From the NCBI GenBank assembly GCA_043228905.1, contig JBHGNT010000002.1, positions 5,766,001 through 5,830,000 on the forward strand: a DNA stretch of 64,000 bases. Reading direction: 5' to 3'. The stretch is from Azolla caroliniana. Taxonomy: Eukaryota > Plantae > Polypodiophyta. Numbering within the stretch: the first letter of the stretch is position 1; the number at the start of each line of letters is the position of its first letter. Of the stretch, positions 1 to 13,026 are shown in pieces. The translations under genes and the position numbers were made by a program. Under the pieces are notes generated by a model. The model was not told the DNA's origin and did no database searches. It worked only from the letters and a program-made list of their open reading frames with translations.

Positions 1-357
1 CATTTTTTTCCTTGCTTCAGTACATGCTTGAGGTTGAGATACATTATGCATTTCATTTTCAGAAATCAATGCAGAAGTAATACTTTGATTTTCATTTCGA
101 ATAGGTGCATCGACATTTGAAACAACTTCCTCACTTGCAATCCCCATTAATCTCTTGATTTGTTGTTTTACATCATTACTTGCATGTTTACATTTCTCCA
201 CGCCTTGTCCTCTCAATCCCAATAAGTGGACTCTAATCCGTTGTGGACCACCAACATAAGTATGGCTGCAATATTTGCATTGCATCACATGCATACCTTT
301 GGGATGCTTCTTATGAATCAGGACATGGTTCCATTCTTCACCCTTTTGTCTACCCAT
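1..357 (-). CDS. hAT-type transposase N-terminus with BED zinc finger (runs off the left edge of the window)
   Basis: Manual translation from ATG at 357 is open to position 1: MGRQKGEEWNHV...QCKYCSHTYVGGPQRIRVHLLGLRGQGVEKC. This matches the W..CxxC..GG..RI..HL..C BED pattern of plant hAT transposases. Absent from the ORF track because it has no stop in the window. Confidence 0.8.
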   Translation of the reverse strand, partial: MGRQKGEEWNHVLIHKKHPKGMHVMQCKYCSHTYVGGPQRIRVHLLGLRGQGVEKCKHASNDVKQQIKRLMGIASEEVVSNVDAPIRNENQSITSALISENEMHNVSQPQACTEARKKM

Positions 358-693
358 TTGATTACCTAAAATCCACAAAAATTGTAGAGCCAAAGCTACA
401 GAGAATTGAGCACTTACTGATGAAGACAGAAGCAAGTCTGTTTTACATACAAGTTTGGAATATTTGGGCAAGTTGTATGTTGTAGGTGTTGCAATGAAGA
501 TGTTGCAAGGCCTGCAACAAAGTCGCAGAGAGAGAGAGAGAGAGAAGGAGGGAGAGGGAGCGATACAGAGAACCAGAGAAGCAACGTCTCTTTAAAAAAA
601 AATACAAATAAGGGGAAAAAAAGGACGACGCATTTTTCCCATTTCAAACGTGTTCGTTGCCTCCACGAACACGAACATTACGTTCTATGTCTG
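1..693 (-). mobile_element. 5' end of a hAT DNA transposon inserted into an LTR
   Basis: BED ORF plus upstream region. LTR homology begins abruptly at ~693/694. The minus-strand terminus reads CAGACATAGAACG, with subterminal ACGAAC repeats. The other TIR is outside the window. Confidence 0.55.
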
Positions 694-1008
694 TAAATAT
701 GTTTCTGGGTAAGCCCATTGAGGCTATATTTGTAAATAGCCCTAAGTTCATATAAGTATAAATATGACTTAGGGCAATCACTTTAGTACAGTTGTTATTT
801 TGATGTTGTAGATATATATTGTTGTAACTGTTGTACAGAGAGAGAAAGAGGGAGAGAGAGATACAAAGCGATACTCTATTGTAACCGCCACTGTGCGAAG
901 AAACAGAGCTCGAGTTTGTTTCCTCCAAGTCTCTGATTGTACCCTTTCTCTTCATAGTGATAGTTCGGAGTCTGTGGGCTCCCGTGCTTTTTCCCTATTA
1001 GGGTTTTC
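694..1008 (+). mobile_element. Copia LTR fragment (same broad family as the 1009-4212 LTRs, opposite orientation); continues at 4213-~4250
   Basis: Reverse-complement similarity to 1009-1564 (e.g. ggctatatttgtaaatagcc, agtataaatatgacttagggcaa). The motif gggtttt(c)cacgtaaacatc is restored across the 1009-4212 insertion. Confidence 0.8.
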
Positions 1009-3056
1009 TGACGAGAACTAAACGTCCCCTATGCACAATGCTCTACCACAACCGAGCTTAGAATCATACACAAAAAAACTGGAATGAATGCACAACACAA
1101 TGAAGAGAAGAGTACAGAGGATGTTTACGTGGAAAACCCAAACTAGGGAAAAAACCACGGCAACCCACAGCCTGCAAACTATCACTATGTTACAGTGTAC
1201 AATAGTAAAGCACCGAGGCAACAACCTCGAGCTTTCTATCTTCGCCACAGGCGGCGGTTACAATAGAGGCAACGACCTCTTCCTCTCTCTCTCTCTCTGT
1301 ACACAGTTACACGCTCTGATCTCTTGCGCCAACAAGAATGACAACAACCTAAAAGTTTGCCCTAAGTCATATTTATACTAATATGACTTTTCGGCTATTT
1401 ACAAATATAGCCACGATGGACTCTCAGAAACATATTTACGAATATGTCTCTTAATCCGGTGAGCACTCCTCACCGGGTCTGCACCATCCGGCTCTCCGAA
1501 GCCGGGTACTCCTCATCAGCACTGTTCTTCTCCCTTCCCATCCGGAGGGACCTGTCTCCCAACAAACTCGCCCTTCACTCCGGCATGGGGTGTCTCACTA
1601 GTCCGATCCGCTTCCGGCATGCATCCAACTTGTTGGGTATCAACACTTTGGTCAGCATATCTGACCCGTTCTTGGCCGTGTGGATCTTCGTCAACGCGAA
1701 CTCCTGGTCATCTACTCTTTCCTGGATCCAGTGATACCTTCGCTGGATATGCTTCGTCCAGGAATGGTAGGCCGCATTCTTAGCAAGGTGGATGGCACTT
1801 TGACTGTCGCAATAGAGCCGGTATTCATCTTGCCGGATACCGAGCTCTCCGATGAAGTCCTTCATGCATAATATTTCCTTGCCGGCTTCCACAGCCGCCA
1901 TGTACTCCGCCTCCGTGGTTGACAATGCAACCGTCTTCTGTAGCTTCGACTGCCACGAAACAGCTCCCCCTCCATATGTCATTACATACGCGGATGTAGA
2001 CCGGCTGGTATCCACATCAGCCGACATGTCCAAATCGGTGAAACCGTCAAGTTGAGGTTTTCCGGAGCCGAATTGGAGACACATATTGGTAGTGCCCTTC
2101 AAGTACCGGAGTATCCATTTGACCGCATTCCAGTGCTCCTTGCCGGGATTGCTCATAAACCGGCTCACCACTCCGACTGCGTATCCTATATCCGGTCAGG
2201 TACAAACCATTGCGTACATTAAGCTCCCGACAACAGAGGCATATGGAAACTTCATCATATCCGCCTTCTCTGCTTTCATCTTTGGGCTTTGCTTACCGGT
2301 AGTTTTGCATGCGCTAGCATACTCCGGACCCTCTCCATTATGGTCCGGTTCATCCTCTTGGCTAGCTCGTTTAGTTCCGGCGTCATTGGCACGGTAAATT
2401 CGAGCCGGATTCCCTTCGAGCGACAGTACTCCTCGAACTGCCCCCGGTATTCACCTCCGTTATCTGCTCGAACCGCCTTCAGCTTCCGGCCGGTTTCTCT
2501 TTCCACTCTCGCGTGGAGCTCTTTGAAGACGGATAGCACGTGATCCTTCGTCTTCAACGGTGTGGCCCATAGCTTCCGGCCGTGGTCATCTATGAACGTC
2601 ACGAAGTACTGTGATCCTGCATGTGACTTCGTGTCCACTTGACACACATCAGTATGCACCAACTCCAGTGGTGCATTACGTCTCATCGGTGGCCTTGGTC
2701 GGAAGGAGGTCCGGTTTTGCTTACCGGCCAGACAATCAGTGCACTTCTCTAAGTGCACGTTCTTCACTGGAATGAGGTTGTCGTCTACAAGCCTCTTCAT
2801 CCCCTTCTCGCTCATGTGACACAACCTTTTGTGCCACAGCTCATCGGCAGTGTCGGATGCCACGTTCACTTCCTCCGGACATAACCGGACATATCACGGC
2901 GTCGATCTTGTCCGGTCTCTTGTCCCTGGACTGAACCGGCAACCAAAGATCTTTAACCACGAGCATGTCCCTCATCTTCGACTTCCACACCGAATAGTTG
3001 AAGCCGGTGAGCTTGAACATATGTCCCAACGAATCGTCCATTTTCTGTGTCGTTTC

Positions 3057-3068
3057 GCTCTGATACCA
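3057..3068 (-). promoter_or_regulatory. Primer-binding site, tRNA-iMet
   Basis: Minus strand TGGTATCAGAGC, 2 nt from the LTR end. Confidence 0.92.
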
Positions 3069-3529
3069 CTTGACGAGAACTAAACGTCCCCTACGCGCAA
3101 CGCTCTGCCACAACCGAGCTTAGAATCATACACAAAAAAACAGGAATGAATGCACGACACAATGAAGAGAAGAGTACACAGGATGTTTACATGGAAAATC
3201 CAAACTAGGGAAAAAACCACGGCAGCCCACAACCTGCAAACTATCACTATGTTATAGTGTACAACAGTAAAGCACCGAGGCAACAACCTCAAGCTTTCTA
3301 TCTTCGCCACAGGCGGCGGTTACAACAGAGGCAACGGCCTCTTCCTCTCTCTCTCTCTCTATGTACACAATTACGCGCTTTGATCTCTTGCGCTAACAAG
3401 AATGACAACAACCTAAAAGTTTGCCCTAAGTCATATTTATACTAATATGACTTTTCGGCTATTTACAAATATAGCCACGATGGACTCTCAGAAATATATT
3501 TACGAATATGTCTCTTAATCCGAGGAGCA

Positions 3530-4123
3530 CTCCTCACTAGGCCTGCACCATCCGGTTCGCCGTAGCCGGGTACTCCTCATCCGGTTCTCACCGGGTCTGC
3601 ACCATCCGGCTCTCCGAAGCCGGCTACTCCTCATCCGGTTCTCACCGGGTCTGCACCATCCGGCTCTCCGAAGCCGGGTACTCCTCATCCGGTTCTCACC
3701 GGGTCTGCACCATCCGGCTCTCCGAAGCCGGGTACTCCTCATCCGGTTCTCACTAGGTCTGCACCATCCGGCTCTCCGAAGCCGGGTACTCCTCATTCGG
3801 TTCTCACCGGGTCTGCACCATCCGGCTCTCCGAAGCCGGGTACTCCTCATCCGGTTCTCACCGGGTCTGCACCATCCGGCTCTCCGAAGCCGGGTACTCC
3901 TCATCCGGTTCTCACCGGGTCTGCACCATCCGGCTCTTCGTAGTCGGGTACTCCTCATCCGGTTCTCACCAGGTTTGCCCCATCCGGTTCTCCGAAGCTG
4001 GGTACTCCTCATCCGGTTCTCACCGGATCTGCACCGTCCGGCTCTCCGAAGCCGGGTACTCATCATCCGGTTCTCACCGGGTCTGCACCATCTAGCTCTC
4101 CGAAGCCGGGTACTCCTCATCCG
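3530..4123. repeat. 11 x 54-bp tandem repeat in U3 of the 5' LTR
   Basis: Unit ctcatccggttctcaccgggtctgcaccatccggctctccgaagccgggtactc; shows as 11 repeats of 18 aa in ORF 3515..4228. Confidence 0.97.
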
Positions 4124-4249
4124 GTTTCGGCCGAGGCCGATAGGCCTTGACCGAGTTTGCTCATCAGCACTGTTCTTCTCCCTTCCCATCCGGAGGGACG
4201 TGTCTCCCAACATTTTGCACGTAAACATCTTGTGTCACTTTCTTTACTA

Positions 4250-7200
4250 TATGATGGTCAAACAGTTGGTTGGGGGTCCCCGATTGTTGTTGCACTCAAG
4301 GAATAGATTCAGAATGTTCAAAAGGGTAAACCAATGAAATCAATACTTGCACGGTGGCTAATAGTTTTATGCCCCATATCAGTAGCCAACATAGGACGTA
4401 AGACGCCGAAAGGGAAATCGTCACAAGCACCGACAAAACAATCACTAAGAAAAGTTGACGTACCATGACAGGAGTGGGAAGAGCCGATGCTCGAACTAGA
4501 GCTGCAAGCAGCACCCACTGTAGAACCTAAACCCAGACCATCACCACGGCCGAAACAGAAGATTCAGCGACTTGGGTCGCAACAATCAACTCAAGCAATG
4601 CCATTGTGAATGTCAACGTGCGGAAGCGTTAGACAAAACCAGCTCAACCGGATAGCAATAGAGAATAAGATGAAGGTTTAATGGAGAAGCTTAGTATACA
4701 AAGAGTATACGTGGGAGAGACAGAGCGAGCAGAACGTAAGCGTAGATTCAAGAAATGAAAATACTCTGTAACTCTCTACATACAATGTGCTAAACAACAC
4801 TATTTATACAAGTCCATAAAGGACTGACCGAAGTACTGACAACTACTTGAATATTCCTATGTGCGACTAACACTAACTACGAGTCCATGATTACTTGTAT
4901 TCTAGGCTACTAGTAGGCTTCCGGTTTCCGATCAAATCTGGCTCTCCGATCTGGCCGGTTGTTTCCGGATACCAATCCGGCTCATCATTCCAGATGCCGA
5001 TCCGGATCCGGTTGAGCTTGCTCACTCAACACTCCCCCTCAAGCTCAACTTGAGTTCGGATCGTGGTTTTAGTGTCCACGGAAGTCGGTTCTTCTACCCG
5101 GCTCCTTCTGGCGTTGCTCTGCCTTGCTCATGCTCCTCGTCCGGTCCGATCTTGTTTGCCGCGACCCTTTTGGTTCTGCGCACCTCAACCTCCTCGGTCG
5201 GCTTGTCTTCTCAACAATTCCATTTCAGCTTCCTCGTTGTTGCAACTCCGGCGTTGTCGACCCACCGGTTCCTTCGTGTTGGCATCGACTTTTGTTGCGT
5301 CTGTGTCCGTTCGGCGTTTAGTTGATCCGGCTTCTTCCAATCGTGAACCGAATCGGTTTCCTTCGATTCGTTCTGGCTCTTGTCCGAGTCGATGTTCTCC
5401 AACTCGTTTTCTAGTTTTGGGCCCTTCACCATATCAGACCATGTCCGAGTCTTGGCCTTCTCCTTCCGGTCGGCTCTGTGCCGACTTCCTTCGTTGCCTC
5501 GGCTTCCTTTTTCTCTTTGTCTCCCCCTTTGTTGGTTCTTTCTTCCTCTCTGTCTCCTTGTCCGGTGCCATCCATACCCTTTCCTTTTCTCCCCCTCAAG
5601 TGCGGCACATTGAGATGTTGAATGCCGAGCATCTCCGAAAAATGTTGCAACTTGTCTGATCCTAGCGGCTTGGTGAAGATGTCGGCAATGTGCCAATCCA
5701 TGTGAACATATCGAAGTTTAACTTCACCGCTCAGGACCTGCTTGCGAACAAAGTGATAATGCACTTCTATGTGCTTTGTTTGAGCATGGAATAAAGGGTT
5801 CTTGGCGAGCTGAATGTTGCTCCTGTTGTCACAGTAGATCAGGATCAGGGTCGATACCTCAATTCGGAGGTTACGCAGTAGTCGCCGAAGGCAGATGGCT
5901 TCATAGGTGGCATTCGTAGCGCCCTGGTACTCAGCCTCGGTGCTCGACAAAGCCAGTATTGGCTACTTTTCACTGCTCCACGCAACAACCGCTCTACTTA
6001 GAGAAAACATGTAACTGGAGGTGGATCGGTGAACCGATGCATCACCAGCCTAGTCGGCATCTGTGTATCCGACTAGCTCTTTAGTTATACCATGCCGGTA
6101 TAACAATCCCCGGTCCTTCGTGCCGCTCACATACCGGAGTATCTGGTGTGTGCACTGAAGGTGCTCGACGGTCGGCTTCGGCATGAATTGGCTGATCACT
6201 CCGACTAGGTAATTGATATCGGGTCGAGTGATTGTCAGGTATATGAGGCTTCCGACAATCTGTCCAAACCGTTTCTCATCGCAGGCCGGTCCAGAGTTGG
6301 GACGGAGCTTTTGGTTCTGATCCAGGAGTGTGGAGACAGGTTGACATTCCGGAATGCCGAACTTATACAACATATTCAATACGTAGTGTCGTTGTGAGAG
6401 CAATATGCCATCGGGGGTTCGGATCACCTCAATCCCAAGAAAATAATGAAGGTTCTCCAGGTCCTTCATTTCAAATGCATCTGACAGTTGGGACTTCACT
6501 CGACAGATTTCAACGAGGCCGGGTCCGATGATGACTAAATCATCTACATAAAGTAAGATGCAAACTGGACCATGCGGACCTTGCCAGATGAACAATGAGG
6601 AGTCGGATTTAGAGGTCACAAACCCCATCTTATGCAACCGGTGCGTGATCTTCGCATTCCAAGCTCAGGGGGCTTGTTTCAGATCGTAAAGCAACTTCTT
6701 AAGCCGGCACACTGCTGACTGAAAACCAGGGGTTTGGATCATATAGACCCGTTCTTGAAGGTCACCTTGAAGAAATACATGCTTCACATCCATTTGGTGA
6801 AGCTGCCATCCCCTTGCCGCAGCAACCGCCTGTACCACACGAACCGTCGTCATCTTCGTTACCGGAGCGAAGGTCTCATTGTAGTCGATTCTGTGAGTCT
6901 GCGTGTATCCCTTCGTCGGCATTGTACTTTACCTTGTACAACTACTTACATCCGATCGGTTTACAATGTCGGGGAAGGTCAACGAGGTCCCATGTGTCAT
7001 TGGCATTGAGTGCCTGCATTTCTTCCTCCATAGCGCATGTCAATTTGTGTCCTTTGCCGCTTCTGCATAGCTCTCTGGCTGACGCACTTCCGCCACTTTG
7101 GTCATGTACGCATAGTGATGCGCCATTTACTCATTGTACCTATACCACGTAATGGGGTTCTTCTAGCGGGAAGACCGGTGTAACTTGTCATCACCCAGTT

Positions 7201-10200
7201 TGGGGCCCTTCTTGGTCGGTTCGAACTTCGTTCCCGAAGATCCGCCTTCATCCTTTCCAGAGTCGGAGTCGCTCCGATCCGACTCAACATTGCCGATTTC
7301 GTATTTTTGCATCTTCTTCTTACCCTTCTCTTTGCGTGTGAACTGTCTCCTCGGTTCCTTGTGCGGGGAGAGCACGACAGAGTCTCCACTACTCGCCGGT
7401 TCTTCATCCGACTAGTCATCTCGACTCAGTTGCTCATTCAGTCCATTGAGCCCGAATGAGATCGGACTCTCTTCTAGAGTGCCAAAGTCTTCATCTTCTA
7501 CCTGGACCTCCCCGGGCTCACTAGCCTCATCTTCCGAAATAGGGTCTTCGTCGGGAGTTGGAGTCGGTAAGTGGTACCATGATGCCATCTCATCAAACTC
7601 GACATCACGGCTTACTCGAACCTGCTTAGTCTGGGGGTTATAGCACTTATAACCCTTCTGCTCATGCGAGTAGCCGACTACCGCTTCTCACCCAGTACAT
7701 GCACATATGCTATGCTACCAAATATCCAAAGGTGTCTCAAATTTGGCTTCCGCCCAAAATACAGCTCATGTGATGACACCTTGTCTCTGATCTGGTTTTG
7801 GATGTAGACGACCGTCCGGACCGTCTCAGCCTAGTAGAATTGGGGCATGCTCTTCTCCTCCAGCATTGCCCTTGCCACGTCGACAATTGACCGGTTCTTC
7901 CTTTCGGCCACACCGTTTTGCTCCGGCATGTATCTGCAGTTGAATTCTCTCTGACTTCTGTTTTGCTACAGATAATTGTAGAATTGGCCGGAAAAGTATT
8001 CTTTTCCACCATCCGACCGCAAGCACTTGACCTTCCTCTCCGTTTCCCGTTCAACTAAGCTTTGCAAGTCCCGGAAACATTCGAAGATTTCGCTCTTCCG
8101 TTCGATGAGGTAGATCCATGTGTGCTGGTTGTAGTCGTCGATGAAGGATACGAAGTATCGACTCCTGCCAAGACTAACATTCTGTGCCGGTCCCCATACA
8201 TCCAAATGTATTACATCGAGCTTGTTATGGCTCCGGTTTCGTTCAATGGGAAATGGACGTCGGTGTTGCTTCCCGAGTTGGCAGGCTTCACAAATTTCGG
8301 CCTTTCGGCCGCTAATTTCAGCAAACTGAAGACAACTTGTTTCGATTGTAGGTCCTGAAGCCTCCGATAGTTGACGTGGCCGATCCGCTTGTGCCCCAAG
8401 TCGATGTCCGACTCGACCTTCTGCCCTTTGGCAAACATGGCGGTGCCAACGTCATTTGTGTTGAGGATGAACATCCTCCCTTCTCTGCACCCTTGCGCAA
8501 TTATCTGGCTTTCTTACTCGATGAAGCACCCTAGGTGCTTAAACCGCACCTGCATCCCGTGGTCGACGAGTTGTCCAACTGACACCAGGTTCTTTGTGAT
8601 AGTTGAAATATGTAGTGTGTTCATCAGCTTCCCCTTTTGTCCGACATGGCTTAAGGGGACTTCTCCGACATGCACGATCAGGCGAGGGGTGTCGTCTCTG
8701 GTTTCGTCAATCCCCGGTTGTTCCAGTTTCGCCAGAAAAGGGAACCACTCTTCATGGCTCGTCATGTGGTTGGACACTCCAGAATCAACGTACCATACTT
8801 CCTCTGATCCAGGAGTAGTCTTCTTCATTGAGTTAGCCTTGTGCTTCATCACGAAGGCTGGCCCTTTACCGGTTTTCCCGGTTCCGGATCCTTCCAATCC
8901 TGCCGCATAGTGCGAACTCTGCCAATTGTCCCGACCAGTTTTGCTGCATCCGGATTTGTCCGAATTGGTGCACTTCTTCCAGCACTCGCTTTCCCTGTGG
9001 CCCTTTTTGCCACAGTACCAGCATTCTGTGTTGGCCTTTCCTTGCCAGTTCCCAGTGCCAGTTTGACTCCCCCTACTTATGGAGGGTCCGGAACTACTGT
9101 CGGCACCACCTCTGTGCCTCCGGTCCTGCTCTTGCCGGGCGCCTCCATTGTGTGCCGACCCACCTCGTCCACCATGTCCATGGGGACGATCTATCTCCGT
9201 GTACAACATCCGGTTGTCCGATTGAGTGGTCCTTGACCCACTCGCGTGGTTTTCTTCGACCATCAACATCGATTGCAAGTCGAAGAAAGACAATGGTTTC
9301 TCCTTGGTGCAGATCACTATTCGGATTGGCCCATACCTTTGTGCTAGACCACCGAGGCAGATTTGTACCATCTCATCTTTGTCCACCATCACATTGATGG
9401 ACCCGAGTGTGTCACAAATCTCCTTTATCTTGGTGGTGTAGTCCGTAACCGACATGGCTCTTTACCGAATGTTGTTTAGCTCTTGCTAGAGGTACAACTT
9501 ATGGGCTGTGGTACTCGCGGTGAAAATCTTCCTCCGATTTCTCTAGGCCTCCTTCGGCTTTTTTGCATCCTTTATGTAGCTAAGCATCTGGTCATGCACA
9601 TAGGACGCGAGGCAGTACAATACTCGGCTCGCTCCTTGCCCCCAAATCGGGAAGTCATTGTGTGCCGGCTTCGATGCTACCTCGTTCAATCGTTCCACGA
9701 AGCTCCAATATCCATGCCTCAGCGGGTACTAGTGCATTTTATATGACCAGGACGCATAGTTGCTCCGGTTGAGCTTCTTTGTGGGAAGTGAACTCGCCAT
9801 ACCTCTGTCCATATCTTTCTTTGTCTATCCTTACCGGGTATTAGGGTTTGTCTTTGAAAGCGTATGTTGCCTGTAGAGGTTCTCAACCCTCGCGCTTTGA
9901 TACCATGTGAATGTAAATGTGTGGAAGTGTTAGACAGAACCGGCTCAGTCAGATAGCAACAGAGAATAAGATGAAGGTTTAATGGAGAAGCTTAGTATAC
10001 AAAGAGTATACGTGGGAGAGATAGAGAGAGCAGAACGTAAGTGTAGATTCAAAACATGAAAATACTATGTAACTCTATACATACAATGTGCTAAACAACA
10101 CTATTTATACAAGTCCATAAAGGACTGACAGAAGTACTGACAGGTACTTCAATATTCCTATGTGCGATTGACACTAACTACGAGACAATGATTACCTAGT

Positions 10201-11715
10201 AGTCTAGGCTACTACTAGGCTTTCGGTTTCCGCTCGAATCCGGCTCTCCGATCTGTCTCCCCAATCCGGCTAGTTGTTTCCGGATACTGATCCGGCTCAT
10301 TTTTCCGGATGCCGATCCGGATCCGGTTGAGCTTGCTCGCTCAACAGACATCGACTGAACCCAACAATAATCAGCAAGCACAAGAAACAACAAAGGCCAA
10401 TGAGGGAACGACATTGACAACACAAAAGCACCTAAAAGAAAATGCCAAACTGAAGAGGAAAGCTGACCAATTAAAAAAGGTCGAGTAAAACAATTGGCAG
10501 GATGAACACGACCAACGAGTAATGATGAGCTGATCACATAGTAAGACCCTGAACCAGAATTGGAGCTTGTCACAAGCAATGTTTCCCGACAGAAGGCAAC
10601 ATGGAAAAAGGGGCAACATCGACGATGTCCCCAAATGAAGTACTTGGTCTTCCAAATATTCCACCAACATCCCATGAGTTTGCAACCTTGCTCCAATTCG
10701 GAATGTCATATGAGCTAGTCGATTGGCTAGCCAAAAGATTACAGTTTGCTTTCGAACTTCCAGAGCAAGAACATAAGGATCAGGAAATGATTCAAAGGGC
10801 CATGGTCGGTGATTTAGAACCAGAAGAATAATGAGAACTTCAACGGATCAAACAACAATGAGAGGCTAAGAAGAAAGGTATAGCAATTCAAATGCCTTCT
10901 CTGAATATTGTTTTAGTGCAAGTGCACCAAGCATTGGCCACAAGCACTAGGGCAGCAAAGGATATGGCCAAAACCTCTAAAAACGTTGAAAAAGCTGCTA
11001 AACTCTTGCACACATAGTGGTTGAACATTAAGAAGGAAAATGAAGACCTCTTGACATGGATTCAATAGATCGAAACACAACTAAAAGAAGCAAATGGACA
11101 TCTCCCGAGAGGTGACTTTGCCAGAATTCCACATGTATCGGACAAAGAATTATGGGAGTAGCTAAAAGTGAAGGAAAAGGAAGTCGATAGCGTTGTTCAA
11201 AGGGTAGAATAAGTAGAAGGGAATTTTAAAAAATTGCAAGATCGAGTGGAGTTAGCAAAGAAGGAAATTGAAAAATTGCTCGATACCAAAAACAATAGAA
11301 TACAGAACCTAAAGTGCAAACTGCACGAATTGTCGGCAACAAAGTAGGAAGAAGCAAAGAAGGTCAAGGAGTTAGAGCCATCACCAGGGAGAACACAAGG
11401 TCAAGGGTACTTCAAGATGGATGAAGCAGCCATCACCACTGTGCAACAGGAGCTAGCAAATGACATATACGAGCTAACAGCCAGTCATCAGGAAGGCATC
11501 ACTAAACTGCTGGAGGAATTCGATGGTCAACAGATAGCCACATCAGTCGAACTGATGCATATGAGAAGGTGTGACGCCGACGGGCAAGAGAAGAGAATGA
11601 CAACGATGAAGAATCGCATCATACTGTACCGGTCAGCCAGAACAAGGACCAAGGCACCAATAGAGAAGTGGTTGACTGAAGGCCACGACCAAAATAGGAG
11701 GAGGACCATCACTAG
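4250..11715 (+). pseudogene. Degenerate unassigned TE-associated ORF, copy 1 (4250-4604 joined to 10352-~11715)
   Basis: YDGQTVGWG..NVQKGK..LIVLCP..QEWEEP and EVLGLPNIPPTSHEFATLLQFGMSYELVDWLA..MIQRAMVGDLEPEE align by eye to copy 2. Multiple stops; coiled-coil-like C-terminal part. Confidence 0.7.
4605..10346 (-). mobile_element. Full-length decayed Ty1/copia (Ale/Bryco-like family)
   Basis: LTRs 4605-5031 and 9906-10346; TSD GCCAT/GACAT; PBS TGGTATCAAAGC 9894-9905; PPT 5032-5043. Gag knuckle CWYCGKKGHRESEC, PR WYVDSG, INT DVWGPA..SFIDD, RT LYVDD, RH TKHIEVHYHFVR. Frameshifts and stops throughout. Confidence 0.95.
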
Positions 11716-11719
11716 GAGG

Positions 11720-12220
11720 GTTTGCCACATTCTCTATTGGTTCCGAAGTACTATCACTTGGACTATATCCTAACCAATCCACCAAATAGTAGAGCTTGTT
11801 GCGAACAACCTTGGAATCGAGGATGGCAATAACTTTGTACTAAGGTCCATCTGTAAGTTCAATTGGGGGTGGAGGTGGTGTAGTATGATTCAGAATAGAG
11901 CTTTTTTGACATGGTTCGAGGAGAAATACAAGATGTATCCATAATTGTGAAGGTAGATCAAGGCGAAAAGTGACATCATTGATTTTTCCATTAATGATAA
12001 AAGGACCTAACCATTGATAATCCAATTTGGCACATGGTCGGGTTGTCTTTATGTGTCGTCGTAATAGCCATACTCAATCTCAAATATCAAAATAGGTTGG
12101 AAGTTAGTGATGATCTGCATAGTCTTCCTGTGTTTGTTGGGCTTGATGTAGATGGTTAGAAAGTTCTACATGAATGTTGCGTTGTCGCTCCAAATGATCC
12201 TATGCACTAGGATTTGTGGG
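11720..12220 (-). mobile_element. Tcn1-like chromovirus fragment (integrase C-terminus plus truncated chromodomain)
   Basis: LGPFIINGKINDVTFRLDLP..PPPPIELTDG..AILDSKVVRNKLYYLVDWLGY; homologous to 51400-52050. Confidence 0.88.
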
Positions 12221-12289
12221 TCCCAGGGGCTTCATTATCAAAACTTGTATGATAGCACTTCAGTTCATCAAAAGGGTTTTATATTAACC

Positions 12290-12995
12290 ATTGAGATACA
12301 TAATGTATATATATATGTGGGTATTAATAAATACATAAAATATATATTTACAGAAGGACCTATTATCAATTATGTTGGAGAAAAAAGTTACATAAGCCCA
12401 TGAAATATTAGAAATTTCAATGAGATGATAAAGAACATATTGTGCAAACAATAGTCAAATTTGGAGTAGCATACATATATACACATGCATATATATACTT
12501 ACATTTAAACATTACATCCATGAATATGTATACACATACATTACATCCATTTATACATGCATACTGACTAAACATGAATATATGTACAAATATATATTAT
12601 CATATGTAAATACGTACATACACATACATATTATAATAAGCCATATTTATTTACACACAATAATACATGCATAAAATTAGATATTAGATATACACATACG
12701 TATTCTTACAAACATATTTTGTATATTATGTACATATTACACGCGTATATTATTATGCACATACAAATATACATACCAAACACAAAAAATATACATACAT
12801 AAATAAATCATATATTATATATACACATACACATACACATAAATACGTACAATTACATATTATATGTATTACAAATCTACATACATACAAACAAGTTACA
12901 CACACACGCACACATGCAAATAAATAAATTACACATTATATATCATATAATCCATACATATTACACAATATACAAATTTACATAGATTGTATATC

Positions 12996-13026
<31 letters not shown>

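Larger units (their letters stand above)
1009..4212 (-). mobile_element. Non-autonomous, internally deleted Ty1/copia (Tork/TAR-like) LTR retrotransposon
   Basis: TG..CA LTRs at 1009-1564 and 3071-4212; TSD TTTTC/TTTTG; tRNA-iMet PBS 3057-3068; PPT at ~1565-1580. The 1.5 kb interior holds a gag start, partial integrase (LWHKRLCH, LELVHTD) and RT-end/RNase H (ALSTTEAEY, TKHIQRRYHWIQE). Confidence 0.93.

Noticed and set aside
3515-4228. 237-aa Arg-rich repeat protein, or a CRISPR-like array
   Set aside because: Translation of a 54-bp tandem repeat inside an LTR; no unique spacers, no cas genes, eukaryotic context.
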